In this document: piece after piece, positions 38,678 through 47,170 of the stretch
How positions within the stretch are numbered: position 1 is the first letter of the stretch
Layout: every line of letters starts with the position of its first letter
Origin: Bacteroidaceae bacterium
GTDB taxonomy: Bacteria; Bacillota; Clostridia; Peptostreptococcales; Anaerovoracaceae
Reading direction: 5' to 3'
Length of the DNA: 64,000 bases
NCBI GenBank assembly: GCA_963614095.1
Contig: CAVECM010000013.1
Location: forward strand, 10,753-74,752
Notes under the pieces: generated by a model
Databases searched by the model: none
What the model saw: the letters and a program-made list of their open reading frames with translations, nothing else
Told to the model about the DNA's origin: nothing
Made by a program: the position numbers and the translations under genes

Positions 38678-38732
38678 AAAAAAACAATAAATGCGCCCAT
38701 CCGTCTGACAGTGGATAGGTGACATTTATTGT
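38678..38732 (-). terminator. Leader terminator (attenuator candidate) upstream of the CMK-like gene
   Basis: Minus strand ACAATAAATG-TCACCTATCC-loop-GGATGGGCG-CATTTATTGT-TTTTTT, ending about 20 nt before the ATG. Confidence 0.65.
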
Positions 38733-38770
38733 CTGTAGTGTCTTGTATATTAATTTTTCTCAACATTTAT

Positions 38771-38799
38771 ATTTTACAAAATTACGCAGACAGAATCAA
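38771..38799 (-). promoter_or_regulatory. sigma-A promoter for the CMK-like/DUF2798 pair
   Basis: Minus strand TTGATT-17bp-TAAAAT. Confidence 0.55.
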
Positions 38800-39060
38800 G
38801 TGCAAAGTTTAATATAAAACCGAACAAAATTGCCAGAGTTAATTACCGAAATTGTCGGTTCCGAACAGCAGGCAGCTTCACACAAAAGAAAGAAAGCAAG
38901 AAAGAAAAAACAGGCAGTAAATATATGATATGCCTGTTCTCTCATTTTGGAATATATGTTTATTATGATGATTTTTATTTTACAATCTGCTCTCTGTATA
39001 GTAAAAAAATAATATAACGATTGAATGCAGCAGCCGGACCCCGGAATAATGATTCAGACA

Positions 39061-39375
39061 TCAAAAATCTTCAGGTATGGAAAGAATCATTCCGGGAACA
39101 AGATCAGACGCCTGAATATCATTAATTCTGCATATCCTGTATACAGCTTTTCTGGTGTCTGTGCTGTCCGATTTATATGTATTGGCAATATCCCATAAAG
39201 TATCTCCGGAACAGATTTCAATTTCCTTATATTCCACGGCAGTCATTGCCCTTGAGTCATTCAGGCCGGAAACAGCTCCGATTATTCCTATAAGCAGCCC
39301 GACAGTTATAACAATGAAAGTTATGAATCTGAATTTGGATTTAATCCTGTATCTTTTTCTGTAAGCGGTTTCCAT
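39061..39375 (-). CDS. yneA: YneA-like SOS cell-division suppressor (TM helix plus LysM)
   Basis: Basic N-terminus, one TM helix, LysM ICSGDTLWDIA...INDI...LVPGMILSIP; SOS boxes upstream. Confidence 0.8.
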   Translation of the reverse strand: METAYRKRYRIKSKFRFITFIVITVGLLIGIIGAVSGLNDSRAMTAVEYKEIEICSGDTLWDIANTYKSDSTDTRKAVYRICRINDIQASDLVPGMILSIPEDF

Positions 39376-39413
39376 GCGGCACTCTCCTCTCCTGCTCTTC
39401 TCTTTACATCAGC

Positions 39414-39493
39414 AGAACATTTGTTCTCTTTGCTATCTAGAGTATAGCAGAATGTATGTTCGCTGTCAATATAATTTTTGAAACATTTGTTCG
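39414..39493 (-). promoter_or_regulatory. yneA promoter with three LexA (GAAC-N4-GTTC) boxes
   Basis: AGAACATTTGTTCT (39414), AGAATGTATGTTCG (39449), GAAACATTTGTTCG (39480); minus-strand TTGACA (39469-39464)-17bp-TATACT (39446-39441). Confidence 0.85.
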
Positions 39494-39690
39494 CATCTAC
39501 GGAGCTTTGCGGACATTAAAGCTGATGAAGGGAAAACATTTGAAGCACAGACATGAAAGCAGCAAAAAACCGACTGCACATATAATAATGTCCGGTTCTC
39601 CGGTTCATCAATATGCGAGTCGGTTTAAAGTCAGTTTGCTGTGGATTTCGAATCTCCTTATTCAATATACAAGTCGTTTTACTGTGAATA

Positions 39691-40896
39691 TCAGACTCTC
39701 TCATTCACCAGTGTGAACCCTGCTTCTGACAGCTTTCTCTTAATCTCATCTATCTGCGCACGGTCACGTGTCTCGAGCGCTATCTTCAGGAAGCAGCTGG
39801 TAATTGCCATATTTACATCTCCTCTGTCATGGTGAAGTGCCACAACATTCGCACCGCATCCGGCTATAATCTCCGAAACCTCCTGAAGCTGTCCCGGCTT
39901 ATCCGTAAGAGCTATCGTCAGATTCGCATTACGGCCGCTAGTCACAAGACCGCGCGTAATCACGCGATTGAGAATATTTACATCTATATTGCCCCCGGAC
40001 ACTATGCTGACAACTTTCTTGCCTTCAATCGGCAGCTTATCAAACAGCACAGCCGTAACAGCAACAGCACCGGCACCTTCTGCTATAACCTTCTGCTTCT
40101 CAATGAGAGCCAGGATAGACGCCGCGATTTCATCCTCCGACACCGTAACGATATCATCCACATACTCATCAACTATGCTGAATGTAGTATCACCCGGCTG
40201 CTTTACCGCAATTCCGTCCGCAAAAGTATTCGCAGAATCAAGCATAACAGGGTGCCCCGCACGACGGCTTTCATACATGCTGGCTGAGCCTGCAGCCTGT
40301 ACGCCGTATATTTTGATATTCGGGTTAAGCTGCTTGACGGCATAAGCAATTCCCGATATAAGACCTCCTCCGCCTATAGGCACAACAATAGCGTCGGGCT
40401 CCTCGAGCTCATCCAGTATTTCCAGACCAATCGTTCCCTGCCCGGCTATCACTTCATCATCATCAAACGGATGTATAAAGGTTGCACCGGTTTCTTCCTG
40501 CACTCTGAGTGCCTCAGCATATGCATCATCGTATACGCCTTTTACGAGACATACCTCTGCACCGAGATGTCTTGTCGCCTCAATCTTGCTGATCGGCGCT
40601 CCGTCCGGCATGTATATAGTCGCCTTTATGCCATTGTGCGATGCAGCCATTGCAACACCCTGTGCATGATTTCCCGCACTGCATGCAATGATTCCGCGCG
40701 CTTTTTCCTCATCGGTAAGCTGGCTTATCTTGTAATAAGCTCCGCGCAGCTTAAAACTGCCCGTTCTCTGAAGGTTCTCTGTTTTAAGATAAAGCTCGCA
40801 CTTCTGTGTGAGAGCAGTAGCTTTTATAAGATCTGTTTTTCTTGCAACATTTTTAAGTACATATGCTGCATGATATATTTTGTCGAGCGTCAGCAT
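39691..40896 (-). CDS. ilvA: Threonine ammonia-lyase with C-terminal ACT domain
   Basis: LKTENLQRTGSFKLRGA, SAGNHAQG, PIGGGGL, SGGNID, TDKPGQL. Confidence 0.9.
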   Translation of the reverse strand: MLTLDKIYHAAYVLKNVARKTDLIKATALTQKCELYLKTENLQRTGSFKLRGAYYKISQLTDEEKARGIIACSAGNHAQGVAMAASHNGIKATIYMPDGAPISKIEATRHLGAEVCLVKGVYDDAYAEALRVQEETGATFIHPFDDDEVIAGQGTIGLEILDELEEPDAIVVPIGGGGLISGIAYAVKQLNPNIKIYGVQAAGSASMYESRRAGHPVMLDSANTFADGIAVKQPGDTTFSIVDEYVDDIVTVSEDEIAASILALIEKQKVIAEGAGAVAVTAVLFDKLPIEGKKVVSIVSGGNIDVNILNRVITRGLVTSGRNANLTIALTDKPGQLQEVSEIIAGCGANVVALHHDRGDVNMAITSCFLKIALETRDRAQIDEIKRKLSEAGFTLVNERV

Positions 40897-41053
40897 TTTT
40901 CCCTCCTGTAAATACTGCAGACAGCTTTGGATTTCTGTCTGCGGATTCTGCATTCTGCAGACATCAGTGTCCGGAAGCAATACGTCAGTTCTGACTGATC
41001 CCTGCGTTTTCCGTCCTTATCTGCTTCTGTCTTGTATCTGCAGTTTTAATGAC

Positions 41054-41794
41054 TTACATCCTGATAAGTCTCTCATAGAACTTATCGAGAATAACTGTTA
41101 TTTTTTTTCTGAAGATTATCCCGATAACACACAAAACGACTGCAACGGCTGCGATAACTGCTGCACTGACATATCCGCCCGTACATATCTGTCTGCCTAT
41201 GAGCAGACTTCCCATCATTCCGGGGGATCTGCCTATAAGTGAAACGATAAGGAACGGCTTGAGCTTCAGCTCAGAAAGTCCCGCAACATAATTGCAGAGG
41301 TCCTTCGGAACTCCCGGTATAAGGAATATCAGGAATACCAGCACAACCGCTTTCTTGCTGTTCATAGTCTCCAGCATGCTTTTTATCTTTTCTTCTCCGA
41401 AGATAAGATGCATTGCATCGTGCCCGAGTATCCTGGCAAGATAATATGTCAATACCGATCCGAGAAAAGCCCCGATAATCGAATACAGATATCCGAGCCA
41501 GAATCCGTACATATATCCGGCCGCAAACTGCAGCCACTGTCCCGGAATAATGCAAATCACAATCTGAAGTATCTGAGATCCTATATAAAAGAACACACTT
41601 TCGGCCTTGTATTCCCTGAACAGCGCCTTGACATTATCGATATTCGAAAACATCTGTATCCAGTCATGATGGAAGAAATATATGTACAACGGTATCCCTA
41701 CAAGAATGACCAGCAGAAGTGCGAACTTGAATACAGCACTGAACACCTTGAAATACTTTCTGAGTTTTTTCTTTTTTTCAGTCGTGATAGTCAT
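41054..41794 (-). CDS. TVP38/TMEM64 (VTT/DedA superfamily) membrane protein
   Basis: LQIVICIIPGQ...AAGYMYG, FLIPGVPKDLCNYVAGLS. Confidence 0.85.
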   Translation of the reverse strand: MTITTEKKKKLRKYFKVFSAVFKFALLLVILVGIPLYIYFFHHDWIQMFSNIDNVKALFREYKAESVFFYIGSQILQIVICIIPGQWLQFAAGYMYGFWLGYLYSIIGAFLGSVLTYYLARILGHDAMHLIFGEEKIKSMLETMNSKKAVVLVFLIFLIPGVPKDLCNYVAGLSELKLKPFLIVSLIGRSPGMMGSLLIGRQICTGGYVSAAVIAAVAVVLCVIGIIFRKKITVILDKFYERLIRM

Positions 41795-41950
41795 TTTTCC
41801 CTTTCTGTTTAATATTAAAACTTCAATCTTCCTGTCTGATATTGAAACTTGATATATAAACCCCGGGCATTAAAGTAAAAGATAAATCCGACCCGGAATT
41901 AAAGCTGTGCATAAATTCAAAGTCGGATCTCAATTATTTCTGAGTTGTTT

Positions 41951-43246
41951 TTAAACGGCAGTTATGATTTTTTCATCATAAAGCTGCTGCAATGCTTTGA
42001 TTACACCGAACTTCGAATGTTCATATGTCAGACCGCCCTGGAAATACACCACATACGGCGGTCTTATCGGTGCGTCTGCGGAAAGCTCTATTGATGAACC
42101 CTGCACAAATGCTCCTGCAGCCATTATTACCGGATCGTCATATCCCGGCATCGCCCACGGTACCGGCGTTACATGTGAATCGACAGGAGCTGCCGCCTGT
42201 ATGCCCTTGCAGAAGGCTATCACTCCCTCCGGCGTGCCGAGCTTCACAGCCTGAATAATATCACTTCTGATATCATCGGCCTTCGGGCAGACTTCATAAC
42301 CGAGCAGTTCGAAAACTTTGGCACACAGTATCGCGCCCTTTACAGCACCGTTTACAGTCTTCGGAGCAATGAACAGTCCCTGGAGCATTGTCCTTGTCTG
42401 TCCGAAAGTAAGACCGCATTCACCGCCTATTCCCGGAGATGTCATTCTGTAAGAGATTTTTTCAATCAGGTCCTTCCTTCCTGCTATGTATCCGCCTGTA
42501 AGCGCAAGTCCGCCGCCCGGGTTCTTGATAAGCGATCCCGCAACAACATCCGCACCTACATCAGTCGGTTCTTTGGTATGTAAAAACTCGCCGTAGCAGT
42601 TGTCTACCATGCATATTATTTCAGGGTTTATGCTCTTTACAAATGCAGCCCATTCTTCAATTTCCTCGATGGAAATCGCTTTTCTCCATCCGTATCCCGT
42701 TGCTCTCTGAAGCGTTATCATCTTCGTTGCCGGAGTTATCGCTTTCCTGAGTGCCTCAAAATCTATTGTGCCCTCCGGTGTAAGCTCCACCTGGTCGTAA
42801 GAAACACCATATTCCTTAAGTGATCCCTTGCCCTCACCTCTTATTCCGATAACCTCCTCGAGAGTATCGTACGGCGATCCTGTACAGTATATCAGCTGAT
42901 CTCCCGGACGCAGTATACCCATGAGCGTCAGCGTGAGAGCATGTGTGCCGTTTACAATAATAGGTCTGACAAGCGCAGCCTCTGTATGGAAAATATCCGC
43001 ATATACTCTTTCAATCGCATCACGTCCCGGATCATCATATCCGTAGCCAGTATTCCATGCGAAATGCATATCCTTGATTGTATTCTTCTGAAAAGCGTCG
43101 AGCACCTTGTACTGATTGTATGCCATTATGTCGTCCAGCTCGTCAAAAGTATCCTTCACGAGTTCCTCGCTCTTATTGATAAGATTGAGGACGCCCTCCG
43201 AGATATTGAACTCTTCAGTAAGTAATCTGTAAGTGTTTTTCTGCAT
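41951..43246 (-). CDS. ynbB: YnbB-type methionine gamma-lyase family ('aluminium resistance') PLP protein
   Basis: TGYGYDDPGRD, VNGTHAL, VDNCYGEF, AGSLIKNPGGG, GSSIELSADAP. Confidence 0.88.
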   Translation of the reverse strand: MQKNTYRLLTEEFNISEGVLNLINKSEELVKDTFDELDDIMAYNQYKVLDAFQKNTIKDMHFAWNTGYGYDDPGRDAIERVYADIFHTEAALVRPIIVNGTHALTLTLMGILRPGDQLIYCTGSPYDTLEEVIGIRGEGKGSLKEYGVSYDQVELTPEGTIDFEALRKAITPATKMITLQRATGYGWRKAISIEEIEEWAAFVKSINPEIICMVDNCYGEFLHTKEPTDVGADVVAGSLIKNPGGGLALTGGYIAGRKDLIEKISYRMTSPGIGGECGLTFGQTRTMLQGLFIAPKTVNGAVKGAILCAKVFELLGYEVCPKADDIRSDIIQAVKLGTPEGVIAFCKGIQAAAPVDSHVTPVPWAMPGYDDPVIMAAGAFVQGSSIELSADAPIRPPYVVYFQGGLTYEHSKFGVIKALQQLYDEKIITAV

Positions 43247-43346
43247 AGTATCTTTTGCTTCTCCTCTTTATTCCCTTATTATTTATCTTGTATTAACCGT
43301 CAGGACTCTGTCCTTCTTTTTTAATCTGTTCCGTCACCTGTATATA

Positions 43347-45053
43347 TTATTCCGCGTTTCTGACCTTTGCTTTTATATCGTCTTTGCTTCCATTATACTG
43401 AAGCATTGCATCATTCGTATAATTGTCAGGTGTGAAAAAGTTGAGGATAATCTGACCATACTGTGAAGTTCCTGAAGATTTCATATTATATTTGTCGAGC
43501 TTATCCTGAACTTCTTTTGAAATCTCATTCATATAAACACGCTGATCGTCGTCAACTGCAGTCTGCCACTGAAGCACCGGGTAACCGTTGTTCCCATAAA
43601 TGCCCAAATCATCTTTATATGCTTCTGTCAGAGATGATGCCAGCCCTGACATGCTGGTTGATGATATCCCTGCAGCTGCTCTTGAAACTTTCCTGTCGCT
43701 GTCATCTTCAATCAGGCCTATTCCTGCACTCGCATTCTCATTGAGATAGTAGTTGTTTCTCAGATATCTTATATTATCTGTATTTTCGTCTTCATTGATG
43801 TAATATCCGACTACACCGCCGTTCGCATCAGCATTGAGCACTGCTGCCGAATTATAGCAGTTCCTGATGTAAACATCAGTGGCGCCTGCTATTCCGACAA
43901 TGCCGCCTGCATATGCCTTGGCTGCATTTTTCTTATTGCCCTTGTTCTTCACTATTACTTTTGCGGTATTGTAGCAGTCAAGTACCGTCGAGCCTGATGC
44001 ATTGATGTAGCCTACCACGCCGCCCGTTGCCTCAGTATTTGATATTATTTCTCCGGAGTTATAGCAATATGCGACCTCTGCGTCAGCGGATACAGACCTG
44101 CCGGCTATGCCGCCCGTGCCATAAGTGGCAACACCTCTTCGTGATGATTTCACCTTTGCTTTGTTCGCACATTTTTTAACGGTACCGCCCCAGTTTTCTC
44201 CGACAATGCCGCCAACCTTGTACGTTCCGGATACCTGTCCTAGATTGGTGCAGGATTTGATTTTTCCTCCGTTATTGTAGCCGACAATACCACCTGTCTT
44301 ATCCTTTGCACTGACCTTGATCTCCGACGTGCATCCGACAATCTTTCCGTCCTGATCGAGCTGACCTGCGATGCCGCCGCATACACCATCACCGGACTTG
44401 ATTGTGCCCTTTACAGTAAGATTTCTGACCTCACCCTTAAGATATCCGAAAAATCCCGCAGTGCCCGAACTGCTGTCTATGTTTATTCCGCTGATTGTAT
44501 GCCCTCCGCCGTCAAAAATTCCGTCAAAGTGCGAGGCTCCGCCGCTGCCGACAGGCACCCATTCTTCCGTTGTGATCTTTATGTCTTTTGTCAGCACGAA
44601 TGTGACTCCGCTGAAATTCTCCACTCTGTCAGGTTTCCACTTATCCGACTGATTCTCGTTGACAAGGCTTGCAAATCCCAGAAGCTCCGCCTCGTTTGAA
44701 ATCTCATATGTATCTTTCTGGTCGTAATAGTCAAACCAGGATGTGTCCTTTTCCACGCCTGAGTCCTCTGAATCCTCTGAATCGTTATCCTCAGACTCGT
44801 ATTTATCCGTTCCGCTGCCGTCCGAATAACTGTCATCCGAATAAGTTCCATCCGAATAGCTGTCCGAGTCACTGTCATATTCATCGCTGCCGGATGAATG
44901 ATTTTCATTCATTTCACTGTCATTATCATACGTTTGTGTTGTATTGTTTACTGATTTATCACTATTCGTCACTGCAGCAAAGGAAAGCGGTGCTGCCGCA
45001 ATCGAGCTGGCTGCAAAAACCGTAATTACTGATAAAATAGCTAAACGCTTCAT
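43347..45053 (-). CDS. Secreted GLUG-motif protein with acidic Ser/Asp linker
   Basis: Signal peptide MKRLAILS...SFAA; WVPVGS...FDGIFDGGGHTISG; repeated GGIVG/GGIAG...CxN units. Confidence 0.75.
   Translation of the reverse strand: MKRLAILSVITVFAASSIAAAPLSFAAVTNSDKSVNNTTQTYDNDSEMNENHSSGSDEYDSDSDSYSDGTYSDDSYSDGSGTDKYESEDNDSEDSEDSGVEKDTSWFDYYDQKDTYEISNEAELLGFASLVNENQSDKWKPDRVENFSGVTFVLTKDIKITTEEWVPVGSGGASHFDGIFDGGGHTISGINIDSSSGTAGFFGYLKGEVRNLTVKGTIKSGDGVCGGIAGQLDQDGKIVGCTSEIKVSAKDKTGGIVGYNNGGKIKSCTNLGQVSGTYKVGGIVGENWGGTVKKCANKAKVKSSRRGVATYGTGGIAGRSVSADAEVAYCYNSGEIISNTEATGGVVGYINASGSTVLDCYNTAKVIVKNKGNKKNAAKAYAGGIVGIAGATDVYIRNCYNSAAVLNADANGGVVGYYINEDENTDNIRYLRNNYYLNENASAGIGLIEDDSDRKVSRAAAGISSTSMSGLASSLTEAYKDDLGIYGNNGYPVLQWQTAVDDDQRVYMNEISKEVQDKLDKYNMKSSGTSQYGQIILNFFTPDNYTNDAMLQYNGSKDDIKAKVRNAE
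44821..44865 (-). repeat. 15-bp coding repeat x3 (xxYSD) in the acidic linker
   Basis: TCCGAATA at 44821, 44836 and 44851. Confidence 0.65.
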
Positions 45054-45057
45054 TGTG

Positions 45058-46191
45058 TCATTTCCTTTCTTTTCTCTCTGATTCCCATTCCATGTCATTG
45101 ACGAGATCCCTTTTCACATTTATTTTATGATTTGCATAAAGCTGCGTTGTAGTCACCTGCTCGTGATCGAGCAGAGCCTGAACATCAAAAATAGAGTTCC
45201 CTCTCGCTATGAGGCTTGTCGCTGCCGTAGCCCTCAGCTTGTGCGGGCTGTAGCCGGCTTTTCTGGAAGTTTCAAGTCCGATCGAAGTATACTTTTTAAC
45301 AAGCTCGCGTATCTGTCTTTCAGTCATGCGTCTGCCCTGCAGCGAAAGAAAAAGCGCATCCTTATGTTCGTCTGCCAGCTTCTCATCGCCTGCACGCTCG
45401 TTCTCGATATAGTCGCTTACCACTTCTGTTACCGAATTATTGAGCGGCATCACTGCTTCCTTGTCACGCTTCCTGTATATCTTGAACTCACCTCTGGAAA
45501 AATTAAAGGATGAAACATTGAGCTGCTGCAGCTCAAACAGTCTCAGCCCATATGTAATGAAGAGAATAAGGATAGCCTTGTCTCTCTTTTTTGTCTTCTC
45601 CCAGTACTGGCGCTCCTTTGCTGTAAGATGCTCGCCTGTCGATACCGCATCCAGCATCAGCATTACTTCGTTGTCCTGCAGCGCCTTGATTTCACGCTCG
45701 CCTGCCTTCGGCACACGAATCGGATCGAATCCGTCGGTTATATTTCTGTCAAGCAGTTCATCTCTGTAAAGCTGCTTGAACATCACGGAAAGCGACGATT
45801 TCTTTCTGGCAAGCGTTTTATTGCTGTTTTCATAAACTATTGTCTGATTGTTCTTATCCACTGTATATCTTCGGCAGTAGTCTATAAATATATTTATGTC
45901 AACCGCTTTTATGTTGTTGAAATCTTCCAGTCTTATCTCTGCAGGTATCTCTGCCGATGTTAAATCTGTCTCATTTATCAGATACTGACAAAAGGATTTC
46001 ACATCATGCAGGTATGAAAGCCTTGTCATCGGCAGTACATTGCCCTTGAGATATATGAAAAATCCTCTGAGAAACGAAGGCAGTTCCTTCTCAATCTCTT
46101 CGCACTTCGAAATCACCAGGTGTTCTTTCATAACGATGTTGTCGGGCCGGTCGCTTTTATTGTGGATTTTTAAAGATTTTTTCGTACCCAC
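45058..46191 (-). CDS. Xer-family tyrosine recombinase (alternative start 46131)
   Basis: RDKAILILFITYGLRLFEL (R), SPHKLRATAAT (HxxR), LLDH, TTQLY (Y); N-terminal core-binding domain. Confidence 0.88.
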   Translation of the reverse strand: MGTKKSLKIHNKSDRPDNIVMKEHLVISKCEEIEKELPSFLRGFFIYLKGNVLPMTRLSYLHDVKSFCQYLINETDLTSAEIPAEIRLEDFNNIKAVDINIFIDYCRRYTVDKNNQTIVYENSNKTLARKKSSLSVMFKQLYRDELLDRNITDGFDPIRVPKAGEREIKALQDNEVMLMLDAVSTGEHLTAKERQYWEKTKKRDKAILILFITYGLRLFELQQLNVSSFNFSRGEFKIYRKRDKEAVMPLNNSVTEVVSDYIENERAGDEKLADEHKDALFLSLQGRRMTERQIRELVKKYTSIGLETSRKAGYSPHKLRATAATSLIARGNSIFDVQALLDHEQVTTTQLYANHKINVKRDLVNDMEWESERKERK

Positions 46192-47099
46192 TCCGAAATC
46201 ACCTCTGCTGCTGTGTCATCATTGTCATATTCTGAAATATTGTACCAGTTCATTTTATCATATCTCCTGAACCACGTTAACTGTTTTTTAGCGTAATGTC
46301 TCGTGTTTTTTTTGATTGTATCGATTGCCTCCTCGCGCGAATATTTTCCGGAAAAAAACTCAAAAATCTCCTTGTATCCGATACCCTTCATTGAGATGTT
46401 ATCGATTGTAAGTCCCATATTCATGAGCATTTCCACCTCTTCAAAAAGGCCCTGCTCCACAAGGATATCGACACGTCTGTTGATCCTCTCGTAAAGCTCG
46501 GGGCGGTTTCTTGTCAGGGCGATAAGCAGCACACCGTAATCTTCTGTTTCTTTTCTGATACTGCTGAACGGTCTCAGCCTGCCTTCGCCCTCCTTCAGCC
46601 GTTCCAGCGCGCGTATCACCTTGCGGCTGTTGTTCGGATGTATAGCGGCTGCTGCCTGCGGATCCCGCTCCGCAAGCATTTCATGAAGTACATTTCCGCC
46701 CTGCTTCTCTGCAATTTCAAGCAGCTCCTGCCTGTACTGCGGGTTCTGCGGAGGAGCAGAAAAATCCATATCATACAGCAGTGAATTGAGATAAAGTCCC
46801 GTTCCTCCGGAAACAACCGGCAGCTTCCCTCTGCTGAATATATCAGCAATCGCCTGCTTTGCAAGCTTCTGATACATTGCTGCAGAAAAATCCTCTCTCG
46901 GGTCTATCATATCCACCAGATGATGTCTTGCCTGACTCATCTCCTCAGCCGTCGGCTTTGCGCTGCCTATATTCATATATTTGTAAAGCTGCATCGAGTC
47001 GCATGACACGATCTCACCGTCAAACTCGTTTACCAGCTTTATCGCGAATTTTGTTTTTCCCACTGCAGTCGGTCCTGCCAGTGCAATTATTTTATTCAT
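46170..47099 (-). CDS. miaA: tRNA dimethylallyltransferase
   Basis: GPTAVGKT, CDSMQLYKYMNIGSAKP, GGTGLY, GIGYKE, TRHYAKKQLTWF. Confidence 0.95.
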   Translation of the reverse strand: MNKIIALAGPTAVGKTKFAIKLVNEFDGEIVSCDSMQLYKYMNIGSAKPTAEEMSQARHHLVDMIDPREDFSAAMYQKLAKQAIADIFSRGKLPVVSGGTGLYLNSLLYDMDFSAPPQNPQYRQELLEIAEKQGGNVLHEMLAERDPQAAAAIHPNNSRKVIRALERLKEGEGRLRPFSSIRKETEDYGVLLIALTRNRPELYERINRRVDILVEQGLFEEVEMLMNMGLTIDNISMKGIGYKEIFEFFSGKYSREEAIDTIKKNTRHYAKKQLTWFRRYDKMNWYNISEYDNDDTAAEVISEWVRKNL

Positions 47100-47170
47100 T
47101 TCAGTCTGTCCCCTGTATGTTTATGCCGGCCGGTGCATATCAGCTGCTGATGTATTTATCCTGCCGCGCT

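Noticed and set aside
38945..38975. Second dif-like site bounding the CMK/DUF2798 cassette
   Set aside because: Only a TTATG inner match in AT-rich DNA, with no arm symmetry.
45058..46191. Prophage or ICE integrase
   Set aside because: It is embedded among housekeeping genes with no excisionase, repressor, conjugation or phage genes and no att repeats.
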